Assembly (NCBI GenBank): GCA_963726195.1
Contig: CAVSBO010000011.1
Coordinates: 1 to 58,178, forward strand
Reading direction: 5' to 3'
Length of the DNA: 58,178 nucleotides
Source of the DNA: Candidatus Thorarchaeota archaeon
Lineage (GTDB): Archaea > Asgardarchaeota > Thorarchaeia > Thorarchaeales > Thorarchaeaceae
A model generated the notes under the pieces. That model was not told where the DNA came from and searched no databases. It worked only from the letters and a program-made list of their open reading frames with translations. Numbering within the stretch: the first letter of the stretch is position 1; each line of letters starts with the position of its first letter. The position numbers and the translations under genes were made by a program. Below are positions 37,828-48,128 of the stretch, piece after piece.

Positions 37828-39735
37828 CTACTTCTTCTTCAGGAAGTATATTGCTACTCCAACGACGACCACAACCCCCACTGCAACAGCAGCGATGATC
37901 GCCAGAGTCTCCGTGCCACCGCCTGTAGGTGTGGTCGTTGTCGCACTTGGACTGTTTGAGGCGGCACCGTAATGAGCCCCAGTGTAAGCCCTCACTGCAA
38001 ACCAATATGTTGTGTTGGTAGTCAAGCCAGTGACCTGACGAGTCTCGGTGGTCCCGTTCCGGGCTGGTGTCCAAGACTGACTGTATGTGGTCGCCACGTC
38101 CCAAGTAGACCAGTCCAGTATTGGACCAGATGTGGAGTACCTCACAATGTAGCCAGAGGCGTTTCCATTGTGGCCGATTGCACCGGGTGCTGTCCAAGTC
38201 AAGGTGACCGATGATTCCGTCACGCTAGAGACTGCAAGGTCAGTTAAGGCCGCGGGGGCGAGATCATCGACCAACGGGTTCGAGGATACGAGCCACTCTT
38301 GGTAGTCCGTGTACCCGTCACCGTCGGTGTCATTGCTATTTGGCTTGGTTCCTGCCGTAGCCTCATAGCCGTTTGTCAAGCCGTCCTTGTCTGAGTCGAC
38401 ATAGAGACTGTTGTGACGCACATCGCCGCCAACACTGATTGAGGGCCAAGCGTATTTGCTCGAATTGAAAGGAGCACTAGGAATGCTGAGGCAGTACACA
38501 TTCCCGTCAAACGGCCCTATTATTGCCTCTAGTTGATTGTCCCCGTCGATATCAACCACAGCCGGAGAGTTGGCTTCGGCAGAGTTCTTCATGCTATAGC
38601 CCCACTCCACAGTGCCATTCTCATTCAAACAGTAGGTGTAGTTGTAGTCCATGGGTCCTGAGGTAAATGATGATGATACTATGACTTCCTTCTTGCCATC
38701 GCCATTCATGTCAGCGACAGCCGGACAACAGTGTGTATTCCCTGTGTTCACTTTCCATTTCATGCCACCTGTCTTGTTCAAACAGTAAATGTTGTGGTCG
38801 AGCGACCCGAATATTACCTCTAGTTGACCATCTCCATTAAGATCAGTAACAAGACATGCTCGAATGGGGGCTATTGTTGGGAAACTCCAGAGCACGCCAC
38901 CGGTCCTGTTCAAGCAGTATAGGGCGCTGTCCCATGTTCCTACTAATATCTCGAACTTTCCATCTCCGTTGATGTCCGCTACCACAGGAGGACAATCAAT
39001 AAGGCGTCCTGCCAAGGCAGTCCACTTGATGCCGCCAGTGCTGTTCAAGCAGGCGAGATTATCATACCAAGTGGTCGCAAGCACTTCCAAATGACCATCC
39101 CCGTCCAAGTCTGCCACAGCTGCGGAGTTGAAGTCAACTCCCGTTGAATAACTCCACTTGATGCCCCCGGTACTGTTCAGACAGTAAAGACCATGGGATG
39201 AAGTATGGCTCGACGCTCCGACTACGACTTCCTGCTTTCCGTCTCCGTCAATGTCAGCTACGACAGGAAAGACGCCAACCATACCCAAGCTTGGGCTGCT
39301 CCACTTCAGTCCACCTGTTCCGCTGAAGCAGTAGACTTTGCCAGTGTACCATCCCCCTACTACTATCTCCAATTTTCCATCGTTGTCAACGTCAGCAATG
39401 ACCGGACATCCATATTCGGGCGTCCCTGCTGGTGCTCTCCACTTTATTCCGCCTGTGCTACTTAGGCAATATAGATAGCCGTCTGGTCTTCCTTCGACCG
39501 ATCCCACGACCACCTCTTGGTGTCCATCTCCATCAACGTCAGCTATAGCAGGCGTAGAGCCAGACCAGTTTACCCAAGTGCTCCACTCCTTGGTGAAATT
39601 AGGCAGCGGGTGCCCTGCCGGCACAAGTCGTGGTTCTACGGCAGTTGATACCGCACTCGCCGCATTTGGGCGGTTTGGATTCACTGCCGTGACCGAGACC
39701 AGCAACGGCGTCAGGGTTGCGACTATCAGAATCAT
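37828..39735 (-). CDS. Surface protein: 8 FG-GAP/VCBS-like repeats, TSP3-like Ca repeats, FN3 domain, TM anchor
   Basis: Eight Dx(D/N)(G/N)DxxxE repeats, DSDKDGL and DTDGDGY, VTLTWTAPG..YWFAVRA, TM and KKK tail. Confidence 0.85.
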   Translation of the reverse strand: MILIVATLTPLLVSVTAVNPNRPNAASAVSTAVEPRLVPAGHPLPNFTKEWSTWVNWSGSTPAIADVDGDGHQEVVVGSVEGRPDGYLYCLSSTGGIKWRAPAGTPEYGCPVIADVDNDGKLEIVVGGWYTGKVYCFSGTGGLKWSSPSLGMVGVFPVVADIDGDGKQEVVVGASSHTSSHGLYCLNSTGGIKWSYSTGVDFNSAAVADLDGDGHLEVLATTWYDNLACLNSTGGIKWTALAGRLIDCPPVVADINGDGKFEILVGTWDSALYCLNRTGGVLWSFPTIAPIRACLVTDLNGDGQLEVIFGSLDHNIYCLNKTGGMKWKVNTGNTHCCPAVADMNGDGKKEVIVSSSFTSGPMDYNYTYCLNENGTVEWGYSMKNSAEANSPAVVDIDGDNQLEAIIGPFDGNVYCLSIPSAPFNSSKYAWPSISVGGDVRHNSLYVDSDKDGLTNGYEATAGTKPNSNDTDGDGYTDYQEWLVSSNPLVDDLAPAALTDLAVSSVTESSVTLTWTAPGAIGHNGNASGYIVRYSTSGPILDWSTWDVATTYSQSWTPARNGTTETRQVTGLTTNTTYWFAVRAYTGAHYGAASNSPSATTTTPTGGGTETLAIIAAVAVGVVVVVGVAIYFLKKK

Positions 39736-40065
39736 GATAGCAATCGCCTTGCTGGCTGGTCCACGTTTTCTAGACCTTCACATTGTCATTTCTATGCACT
39801 ACTCCGTGGTTCTTCCGCGCGCAGAAAGATGTGTCAACCAGAGACTCAAGCGTTGTTTGGCGCAATCCCACATCAGCGCGGCTGAACAGAAGACGAGAAC
39901 CGGGTCGGCTCTGCCGTGCTTTTAAGCAAAGCTTATGCGGGCAGAGATAGACTGAGTCAAGTCGATGCTTTTCTGTGATGAGAACAGCCAGTCCCATTCC
40001 CGGTGCGCAATCGTATTCCCACCGGAGCGGCTGAAAGTGCGTGCCGTGCAAAGTCAAGCTACGAC

Positions 40066-40284
40066 TTAATCCGTGACCACCGTAATTGCAAAATCAGGAC
40101 ATTCGAGCTCGCATAACTTGCATGCCTTGCAGGCTTCCAAATCCACCACGACCGGGAGCACGTAGCCCCTGTTGTCAACTTTCTTCGACTCTGCAAGAAC
40201 CTTCTGCGGACAGACGAAAATACATTCGTGACAACCCTTGCATAATCTAGTGTCAATGATGATTCTCTTGACTTTCTTTGGCAT
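40066..40284 (-). CDS. 2x[4Fe-4S] ferredoxin (2-oxoacid oxidoreductase delta-like)
   Basis: CKGCHECIFVCP and CKACKLCELECPDFAI. Confidence 0.9.
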   Translation of the reverse strand: MPKKVKRIIIDTRLCKGCHECIFVCPQKVLAESKKVDNRGYVLPVVVDLEACKACKLCELECPDFAITVVTD

Positions 40285-40393
40285 GGGAGCTCGCATGTCT
40301 GGATTCTGAGAGCTGTGATATAATCGTATTCATGTGTTCTCAGAGAGCATGCGTTAAATAGCGAACGGACAGAATGAAGATGGTGCTAAAGCC

Positions 40394-41120
40394 TTGACGT
40401 CGTTCCTCGTTTTCGCATGCCCACAGTGCAAGAACTTCACCAATGCTCCTGCAGGTCAGAGGCACCGCCGGTGCAGCTATTGCGGCGAGATAATTGACAT
40501 CACAAAGGCATCGTGCGCTGTCTTCGATGATCCTGACGCTGCTTCGGCCGCTGTTAGAGAATTCAATGCAAAACGTGACAACGAATTCCACCTAGCGGTC
40601 GAAAAATCAAAGGAGAGGCTCCGGGTCCTCATGCCGAATCAGACACTGACAGCAGACGAAATCTCATCTGAAAGTGAGGAAGCGCCTCCGCCCGGAAAAA
40701 GGAAGAGGCTGCTGGAACTTCTTGAAAGAGAAGCGAAGGAGAAACCCTGCTCACTCGACAGGATAGCCGAGCTGTGTGGGCAGCACAGACTGGACTGGCC
40801 TTGGGTTGAGGAGCAGCTGTCGAAGCTCAGCTGAGAATGGCCTACTTGTTTTCCCACGTCCGTGGACTGTCCAGCTCCTGCCATCGACCGGGGGAACGAC
40901 AGAGAAGGCCAAGGGCAAGACCGACATCAGGAGGGATATTCTGGCAGCCGTGAGAAAGGCGGGCGGCAGCTGCAAGGTCGAGGAACTCGTGAGGATATTT
41001 GCGTCTCAGGGATTGCAGGAATCATCTGTGGAGGATTCGCTTGACAGACTGATGCACTCGGGAGCCATATTCGAGCCCAAGCCAGGAGTAGTATCCTTGG
41101 TTGGCAGTGGTGAGCAGTGA
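40394..41120 (+). CDS. DUF1922-like zinc ribbon + two winged-helix domains (frameshift ~40830)
   Basis: CPQC..CSYCG, then GLLVFPRPW and LDRLMHSGAIFEPKPG. Confidence 0.65.
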
Positions 41121-41509
41121 TGCCGATTGTTGAACTCGTGGCAAAGAGGACACTCGAAAGGCATCCACACATGAATGTCAGCGTAATCGATCTCATCGTG
41201 CTTCTCTGGTTGCACACGAATCCCTATGATAGCAATCGGCGTTTTCTGAGCAGCACAAAGGCTGTGCTGAGGATGTGCGAAACCCTTCAGACACCTGGCA
41301 AGGGTTTCGAGATGATGGACGAGGAATTGACACAGATTATACTAGGCAGCCTGCAGAAACTGAAGGACAGCGGCCTTGTAGATGTGCTGTCCACTGGGAC
41401 TCATTTTGTGAGAGCGACCTTGACGCGGTCGGGCGTTGATTTGATTGACAAGTCGGTAACGGCCGCTGCTCTTAGACGGGTTACACACGAATTCGGTGAT
41501 AATCCATGA
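41120..41509 (+). CDS. Hypothetical winged-helix protein
   Basis: LQKLKDSGLVDV...ATLTRSG wing motif. Confidence 0.6.
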   Translation: MPIVELVAKRTLERHPHMNVSVIDLIVLLWLHTNPYDSNRRFLSSTKAVLRMCETLQTPGKGFEMMDEELTQIILGSLQKLKDSGLVDVLSTGTHFVRATLTRSGVDLIDKSVTAAALRRVTHEFGDNP

Positions 41510-41821
41510 AATTACGTGCACGCACCAAAAGCTATGTGGCTCGGATATCGCCGAAGGCATAGTGGGAAGTCGAGCGAACTGGGATGATTGGCAATATTTA
41601 AAAGATGAGTTCAACCGGAAGTGGCAAGTCGCTCTCGGTAGACGACTGTTTCGAGACCTTGGAGCCAGTGCAGGCCTCTCGTTCTGCTCGCGCGAACGGT
41701 CTGCAGACGTGTGCCAGTGAGGTCTTGGAGTGGCCGTCGAAACTCCTAGAACGAGCGGACGCAGGACATGACAGATGTCTATGTGTCTGCAGGATGAGAA
41801 TCACACCGGAAGTGAGGCAAA

Positions 41822-42286
41822 ATGCCGACATACCGATATTCCGTACTCGGGATAGATCCCGATAAGACAGCGATAGCCAGTGGTAGGAACATGCGGTGTT
41901 CTCCCAAGCACTCCAGAGAGATATGCAATGCCATCCGGGGCATGATGCTCGACAAGGCAACAAAACTGCTCGAGAGCGTAATCGAAGAGAAGACTTGGAT
42001 TCCATACAAACGATTTCGGAAGCAAAAACCACATCATCCGGGAATGAAGAAATGGGCTTCCGGAGGGCATCCCGTCAATGCATCGCAGCAGATTCTGAAA
42101 GTCTTGAAGAATGCAGAGAGCAATGCTGACAACAAGGGCCTCGACATTGACAGGCTCAAGATTGTTCATGCAGCAACTGAAAGAGGCAGGACTTACAAGA
42201 AATTCATACCCAGAGCATTTGGAAGAAGCACGGCCTACAATGAGGATACGTCTCACATAGAGATTGTTCTGGAAGAGGTGGGTTAG
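41822..42286 (+). CDS. rpl22: Ribosomal protein uL22
   Basis: SPKHSREICNAIRGM, NAESNA..KGLD and PRAFGR motifs. Confidence 0.97.
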   Translation: MPTYRYSVLGIDPDKTAIASGRNMRCSPKHSREICNAIRGMMLDKATKLLESVIEEKTWIPYKRFRKQKPHHPGMKKWASGGHPVNASQQILKVLKNAESNADNKGLDIDRLKIVHAATERGRTYKKFIPRAFGRSTAYNEDTSHIEIVLEEVG

Positions 42287-43197
42287 ATGTCGGCAGTGAA
42301 GTACTTCATTGAACAAAACATGCGCAAACTCCGCGTTGATGAGTACTTGTCCAAGGAACTCAATGCAGCAGGCTACGGCGGCGTCGAGATTAGGAAGATG
42401 CCTATGAGGACTGAGGTTGTGATTCAGGCCTCCAGACCTGGTGTTGTCATAGGGCGCCGTGGTGCAAAAATCCGGGACCTCACCTATGCACTTGAGAACG
42501 AGTATGGAGTCCAGAACGTCCAAGTGGAAGTAGTAGAGATAGAGAATCCTTGGTTGAATGCCCAAGTCATGGCTTCCAAGCTCGCAAGGCAGCTCGAACA
42601 TGGCGTGCGCTACCGCAGAATGGCTTACTGGATTCTAAGACGCGTGATGCGTGCTGGAGCATACGGCTGCGAGATAATCGTGAAGGGCAAGCTCGGGAGC
42701 AGGCGAGCAAGATACCAGAAGTTCAGACAGGCCACCATCGCAAAGACCGGACAGCCCGCAGAGCTCTTCGTCGACCATGCTAACGACTTTGCGGTGCTCA
42801 AAGCCGGCACAATTGGAGTTCAAGTGAGGATAATGCGACCCGACGCGAAGATTCCGGGTGTTATTCATGTCAAGAAGCCCAAGGCCAAGAAGCTGGTGAG
42901 GTCGAGGTATCAAAGGGAGTCGAGGGCGTTGAAGAAGTGCCTGAGGAGGCAGTGGAGGAAGCCGGAGCAGAGGAAGTTGGAGAGAGCCTCGAAGGGATTA
43001 CGGACATTGAGGAACTCCGTGAACTAGAGGAACTCGATGCACTTGACTTGGTTGATGAGAGTGGACCAAAGATAGGCAAACAGAAGGTCGAACGAGAAGG
43101 CCCGCCCTCCGCTGAGGGCCAAGCACCTCAGAGCGAAGAGAACAGCGATGAAGCTGAGTCATCTGACAAACTTGACGAAACGGACGAGGAGATGTAG
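42287..43197 (+). CDS. rps3: Ribosomal protein uS3 with acidic C-terminal tail (frameshift ~42890)
   Basis: AGYGG, RPGVVIGRRG and GCEIIVKGKL motifs. The tail is in ORF 42937-43197. Confidence 0.93.
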
Positions 43198-43200
43198 AGA

Positions 43201-43413
43201 TTGGCCCGATTGAAGCCCAACGACATCAGAAAGCTAACTCCACCTGAGCGGCAGAAGAAGCTTCAGGATCTGTATAATGAACTCACGAATACTCGAATTC
43301 AACTCGTAACGGGTGGAGGAACAGAGAACCCCCACAAGACCAAGGGTGTGAAGAAGGCAATAGCACGCGTCCTCACAATAGAACGCGAGATCGAACTGGA
43401 GGGCTCTAAATGA
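43201..43413 (+). CDS. rpl29: Ribosomal protein uL29
   Basis: ENPHK...KKAIARVLT; operon position. Confidence 0.93.
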   Translation: MARLKPNDIRKLTPPERQKKLQDLYNELTNTRIQLVTGGGTENPHKTKGVKKAIARVLTIEREIELEGSK

Positions 43414-43691
43414 AGGTGACCCTCAACAACCTGGTCAGACACGAGCTCATCGGGATGAGCACTCACATCGTTGAAGCGCGCGACCCAAGCTTGGTATGCA
43501 GAACGGGTACAATAGTCGATGAGTCCAAGGAGACTTTCAGGTTGGCCACCGCAAATCGAGAGATTACCGTTCCAAAGAGCATCTGTGTCTTCGGTCTCAG
43601 ACTTCCCAGCGGTGAACTCGTGCACGTAGATGGACACTTACTGGCAGGACGCCCGGAGGACAGACTCAAGAAGTCCCTGAGGAGGCATTGA
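43410..43691 (+). CDS. rnp1: RNase P protein component 1 (Rpp29)
   Basis: HELIG, GTIVDE, VPK and GRPEDRLK motifs. Confidence 0.92.
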   Translation: MKVTLNNLVRHELIGMSTHIVEARDPSLVCRTGTIVDESKETFRLATANREITVPKSICVFGLRLPSGELVHVDGHLLAGRPEDRLKKSLRRH

Positions 43692-44053
43692 TGATGCGCA
43701 AGAACAAGGTTCGCAATATCGGTGTTCCCGGAGTGGAGCCTCCGAAGAAGACCTGCACGGATCCCAATTGCCCATTCCACGGGAGCCTGCCTGTCAGAGG
43801 CCGGGTCACGCAGGGAACCGTAACGAGCACGAAAATGCACAACGCCGTAGCATTCAGGCAGGACTATCTAAGCCTCGTTGCAAAGTATTCAAGATACGAG
43901 AGGCGGAAGTCGAACAAACATGCACATCTGCCACCGTGCATGGAAGTCAGTGAGGGGGATATCGTCAAAGTCGCGGAGTGCCGCCCGATAAGCAAGACTG
44001 TGAAGAGCGTTGTGATCTCCGTGAAACGTCCTGTAACAAATCAGGAGGAATAA
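43691..44053 (+). CDS. rps17: Ribosomal protein uS17
   Basis: CTDPNCPFHG, KYSRYERR and ECRPISKT motifs. Confidence 0.96.
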   Translation: MMRKNKVRNIGVPGVEPPKKTCTDPNCPFHGSLPVRGRVTQGTVTSTKMHNAVAFRQDYLSLVAKYSRYERRKSNKHAHLPPCMEVSEGDIVKVAECRPISKTVKSVVISVKRPVTNQEE

Positions 44054-44056
44054 GAG

Positions 44057-44479
44057 ATGTCGCGGAAGCTCACCAGAGGAATTAGGAAGTATATTCCAAG
44101 GGTTGCAAGAGGATTACCTGTCGGAGCCACGCTTCTGTGCGCCGACAATTCAGGAGCTAAGGTACTCCAGCTAATCACCGTGATAGGATACAAGGGCAAA
44201 CAGAGGAAAATAGGCAAGGCCGGTGTCGGTGACCGCATCAATGTTGCTGTCTTAAAGGGCAAGATGGAACTCAGGAAGCAGGTTCTACAAGCGGTTGTTG
44301 TTAGACAGAAGAAACCATTCCGCAGAACCGATGGCACCTGGATCCAGTTTGAGGACAATGCGGCAGTGCTCATCAAGGTGGGTGGAGAACCACAGGGTTC
44401 CGAACTGAGAGGACCCATGGCAAGAGAAGTCACGATCATGTGGCCTCGAGTCGCTGCCATAGCCTCGAAGATAGTGTGA
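44057..44479 (+). CDS. rpl14: Ribosomal protein uL14
   Basis: CADNSGAK and FEDNAAV motifs. Confidence 0.97.
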   Translation: MSRKLTRGIRKYIPRVARGLPVGATLLCADNSGAKVLQLITVIGYKGKQRKIGKAGVGDRINVAVLKGKMELRKQVLQAVVVRQKKPFRRTDGTWIQFEDNAAVLIKVGGEPQGSELRGPMAREVTIMWPRVAAIASKIV

Positions 44480-44490
44480 GGTGCTGCATA

Positions 44491-44877
44491 ATGGCTAAGA
44501 GAATCAGTCCAAAGTCTCCCCGTAAGCAGAGACGCTTTGTTCGTAATTCTGGTCAACACGTTCACAGAAATATGCTCAGATGCAGGCTTGATGATCCGCT
44601 TAGAGAAGAATACGGGCTGCGCTCTCTGAATGTGAAGAAGGGAGACCTTGTACGCATCATGAGAGGACAGTTCAGGGACACCGAGGGCAAGATACTGGGA
44701 GTGGACTACAGCACTATTCGGGTGTTTGTCGACGGCGCCTCAACAACCAAGGCAGACGGCAAAGAGGCCAGAGTACCATTACACCCATCTAGTCTCATGC
44801 TTGTGAAGCTGGAACTGAATGATGAAAGAAAGAAACGCATCCAAGCCAAGGCTGCCAAGACCGCGGAGAGTGAGTAG
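44491..44877 (+). CDS. rpl24: Ribosomal protein uL24
   Basis: PRKQR, KGDLVRIMRG and HPS motifs. Confidence 0.95.
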   Translation: MAKRISPKSPRKQRRFVRNSGQHVHRNMLRCRLDDPLREEYGLRSLNVKKGDLVRIMRGQFRDTEGKILGVDYSTIRVFVDGASTTKADGKEARVPLHPSSLMLVKLELNDERKKRIQAKAAKTAESE

Positions 44878-45633
44878 ATGACACGATTGGGTCAGAAGAA
44901 ACACCTTAAGCGACTCCCGGCCCCCAAGCATTGGCCGATAAAGAGGAAGGAGTTCAAATTCACTACAAGGCCAATTCCTGGTCCCCATCCAAAGGAGTAC
45001 AGCATGACACTCGCCATTCTCCTGAGAGAGACTCTTGGCTACGCAGAGAACATGCGAGAAGTCAAGGCAATACTCACCAACGGAGACGTTTCTGTCGACG
45101 GGACGCCGCGGAAAGACCCCCGCTATCCCGTGGGCATAATGGATGTTGTTGAGATCAAGTCGTCTGGCGACTGTTTCAGACTGCTTCCAAAGCCGCAGGG
45201 AGGTCTTCGCCTCGTCGCCATAGGCGAGAATGAAAGAAGCTTCAAGCTCTGCAGAGTAGAGCGGAAGATGATGGTCAAGGGAGGCCGTCTACAAATAACA
45301 CTTCATGATGGACGAAACATCCTGATTCCTAAGGGCGACAAGCCCTCTGCACACCACCCACTCGAGACTGTCAAGGTTTCCATACCGGAACAGAAGATAA
45401 TCAAAACCATTCCACTTGCAGAGGGCGCTTATGCAGTTGTGTCTCGAGGAAAGAACATCGGGATTGAAGGCAAAATCGTATCCATCAATAGAAGATTCGG
45501 AACTCACGCCAGCACTGTGACCCTTCAGGATTCTGGCGGAAACAAGGTTCAGACGGCTGTGGAATATGTCTTCGTAGTTGGTTCTGGCAAACCTGAGATT
45601 AACCTTGCTCCCACAGGAGGTCAAACCAAATGA
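44878..45633 (+). CDS. rps4e: Ribosomal protein eS4
   Basis: HLKRLPAP..W, PGPH and LHDGRN motifs. Confidence 0.97.
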   Translation: MTRLGQKKHLKRLPAPKHWPIKRKEFKFTTRPIPGPHPKEYSMTLAILLRETLGYAENMREVKAILTNGDVSVDGTPRKDPRYPVGIMDVVEIKSSGDCFRLLPKPQGGLRLVAIGENERSFKLCRVERKMMVKGGRLQITLHDGRNILIPKGDKPSAHHPLETVKVSIPEQKIIKTIPLAEGAYAVVSRGKNIGIEGKIVSINRRFGTHASTVTLQDSGGNKVQTAVEYVFVVGSGKPEINLAPTGGQTK

Positions 45634-46227
45634 GCACGTCAGAAGAACAAGTAATCGCGCCCAACGAGCAATTGATTATCGACGATTGGAAAACCTACCC
45701 GATGAGAGAGCCTCAGATTGCCAAGGTTGTGGTCGATATTTGCGTGGGCGGAGGCGAGACTCTTGAGCGAGCGGCAACGATTCTCAAGAACCTAACAGGT
45801 CAGACACCCGTGCAGTCCAAGGCTCACCAGACAATTCGAGACTTTGGCATCAGGAAGAAGGAGCCAATTGCGGTACGAGTCACATTGAGGCACCAGAAAG
45901 CAAAGGAGTTCTTGGCAAGAGCACTCAAAGCCAAGGATGATGTGCTACTCCTGAAGAACTGGGACCTTGACGGCAACTTTGCCTTCGGAATCAGTGAACA
46001 CATCGACATACCCGATGTCAAGTACGACCCGCAGCTGAGGCATCCAAGGGATGAACATCACCGTATGTGTTGAACGCCCCGGTTTCAGAGTAAAGAGACG
46101 GCGAATGAAGCGATCCAGAGTCCCTTACAGACACAGGGTTACGCCAGAGGAGAGCATGGTGCTCGTGAGAAGGGAATTTGGCATCCAGATACTGGAGAAA
46201 CAGAAGGAGCGCACGTATCTGTTCTGA
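45630..46227 (+). CDS. rpl5: Ribosomal protein uL5 (extra base ~46038)
   Basis: FGIRKKEPI, GNFAFGISEHID, then GMNITVCVERPGFRV in the next frame. Confidence 0.94.
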
Positions 46228-46238
46228 GGTGAGAAAAG

Positions 46239-46409
46239 GTGAGTACGGTCAAGAAAGAAGAAACAGAGCGCAAGAGAGTAGGAAAGGGTTCCAGAACCTG
46301 CTTTAGATGTGGTACACACCAGGGACTCATCCGCAGATTCGGGCTGAATATGTGCCGACGCTGTTTCAGGGAAACGGCGAAGAAGATGGGCTTCCGCAAA
46401 TACTCCTAG
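46239..46409 (+). CDS. rps14: Ribosomal protein uS14 (zinc-binding; missing from the ORF track)
   Basis: [11 protein letters not shown]...[25 protein letters not shown]. Confidence 0.95.
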   Translation: MSTVKKEETERKRVGKGSRTCFRCGTHQGLIRRFGLNMCRRCFRETAKKMGFRKYS

Positions 46410-46426
46410 GGGGTCAAAGAGAGAAG

Positions 46427-46819
46427 ATGACACTGCTAGATCCGTTAGCCGATGCGATGTCGACCATCTATAACTGCGAACTCATTGGAAAACCCGAGGT
46501 TGTCGTCGCGCCGGCTTCCAAGCTCATAGAGAAAGTGCTTCGAGTTATGCAGGCCAGAGGCTACATAGGAGAATTCGAGCGGATTGATGATGGCAGAGAA
46601 GGCCGGCTCCGCATTCAGCTCATGGGTCGCACCAACAAATGCGGGGTGATAAGACCGAGATTTCCTGTGAAGCGCGACGGCTTCGAGAAGTACGAGAAAA
46701 GATTCCTGCCCGCATACAACTACGGCATTCTAATCGTCACCACACCGGAAGGCGTGATGACCCATGAAGATGCAAAGAGCCGCGGGATAGGAGGCAGATT
46801 GCTTGCCTTTGTATACTAG
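46427..46819 (+). CDS. rps8: Ribosomal protein uS8
   Basis: [23 protein letters not shown] and GGRLLAFVY motifs. Confidence 0.96.
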   Translation: MTLLDPLADAMSTIYNCELIGKPEVVVAPASKLIEKVLRVMQARGYIGEFERIDDGREGRLRIQLMGRTNKCGVIRPRFPVKRDGFEKYEKRFLPAYNYGILIVTTPEGVMTHEDAKSRGIGGRLLAFVY

Positions 46820-46830
46820 GAGGATTCGCT

Positions 46831-47391
46831 ATGCCCTATGACATCTATGAGAAACGCATAGAGATACCAGCTGACTGCAAGGTTGCACTCCAAGAGAAGA
46901 CAATAACTGTCGAAGGTCCAAAGGGCAAGCTTGAGAGGACATTCCCAGAGCCCTATGCTCACCTTAGAATTGAGAAAAATGAAGTGGTGGCAAGCACAGA
47001 CCTCGCTCGGAAGAGAGCCAGAGCCCTCGTGGGTACAATAATAGCCCATGTCCGCAATATGCTCGTGGGCGTTGAACATGGCTATGAGTACCAGATGAAG
47101 ATCGTCTTCTCGCACTTTCCCATGAGCGTGGAACTCGAAGAAAGAAATGTGTTGATTAAGAACCTCATAGGAGAGCGAGGCATCCGGAAGGCCAAGATGA
47201 TCGGAGACGTTGAAATCAAGATAACTGAGGATGATGTGATTATCAGTGGTATCAACCTTGAGCATGTCTCACAGACTGCCGCCAACATACAGAATGCGAC
47301 TCGACTGCGCGGAAAAGACAGGCGTGTCTTCCTTGATGGCATCTACGTACTGAAGAAGAGAAAGGGTGAGACGGTCAAGTCTGTTGTATAG
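46831..47391 (+). CDS. rpl6: Ribosomal protein uL6
   Basis: GPKG, HFPM and KDRRVFLDGIY motifs. Confidence 0.97.
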   Translation: MPYDIYEKRIEIPADCKVALQEKTITVEGPKGKLERTFPEPYAHLRIEKNEVVASTDLARKRARALVGTIIAHVRNMLVGVEHGYEYQMKIVFSHFPMSVELEERNVLIKNLIGERGIRKAKMIGDVEIKITEDDVIISGINLEHVSQTAANIQNATRLRGKDRRVFLDGIYVLKKRKGETVKSVV

Positions 47392-47402
47392 GAGGCCAAG
47401 TC

Positions 47403-48128
47403 ATGTCGGAAGATGACCAGAAGAAGAAAGCCAAGAAAGCCGCATCTGATAAGAGTACAAAGGCCAGAGCCACCTCTGCGAAGACCACAAAGGCGAAGCC
47501 TCTGAAGAAAGCGGCTGCGCCTCGCAAGACACGAGCGGCGGCAGAGAAGCCTAAGGCAGCGCGCAAGAAGCAGCGGGCTGAGATTGAAGCAGAAACACCC
47601 AAAGTGGCCGCACGGAAGAAGGCAGTATCCAAAGCAGCCGAGGTGGGTGCGGTAACGAAGAGAAGACAGCAGGCCCCAGCTCGAGAAGCGATAGTTGAAC
47701 TTCGGCTTTTCAGGATTGCGCAGCAGAAGAAGCATCATTTACCAGAGTTCCGCCGTGAGAACGCACATCGTTGGATTCGTCTAAGCGACTCATGGAGAAA
47801 TGTGCGCGGAAACGACAGCTACACCAGACAGAAGCGCAAGGGACGCATCGCGATGGTATCTGCGGGCTATCGGACTCCTAAGGCGGCCAGAGATATCCAT
47901 CCGTCAATGCACCTTGACGTTCCAGTGCATAATGTTGAACAACTTGAAGGACTTGACCCCAACGTTCACGCCGTGCGAATCGGTGGTACGGTTGGAATGA
48001 GAAAGCGTCAGGAGATAATTAAGAAAGCTGAAGCCATGCATCTGAAAGTCCTGAATCCTGGTGTCCCAGAATCCGCTGGAGAAGAAGAACTCTTCTCAGA
48101 ACTCGACACGGAGGCAAAGAAGAAATGA
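47403..48128 (+). CDS. rpl32e: Ribosomal protein eL32 with ~100-aa Lys/Ala-rich N-terminal extension
   Basis: PEFRR..WR..RG.D, GYRTPK..HPS and VLNP motifs. Confidence 0.93.
   Translation: MSEDDQKKKAKKAASDKSTKARATSAKTTKAKPLKKAAAPRKTRAAAEKPKAARKKQRAEIEAETPKVAARKKAVSKAAEVGAVTKRRQQAPAREAIVELRLFRIAQQKKHHLPEFRRENAHRWIRLSDSWRNVRGNDSYTRQKRKGRIAMVSAGYRTPKAARDIHPSMHLDVPVHNVEQLEGLDPNVHAVRIGGTVGMRKRQEIIKKAEAMHLKVLNPGVPESAGEEELFSELDTEAKKK

Noticed and set aside
39736-39790. TGA readthrough extending the FG-GAP protein's N-terminus
   Set aside because: An upstream ATG-TGA followed by an open basic stretch is more simply explained by an indel error or by the downstream ATG start.
41604-41820. SRP RNA (because of CCGGAAG)
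   Set aside because: It lacks the helix-8 CAGG..GGAA..AGCA symmetric loop and is too short.
41801-42601. 266-aa minus-strand ORF and similar long antisense ORFs (e.g. 48796-49488, 7772-8461)
   Set aside because: These are shadows of well-supported genes on the opposite strand and carry no motifs.
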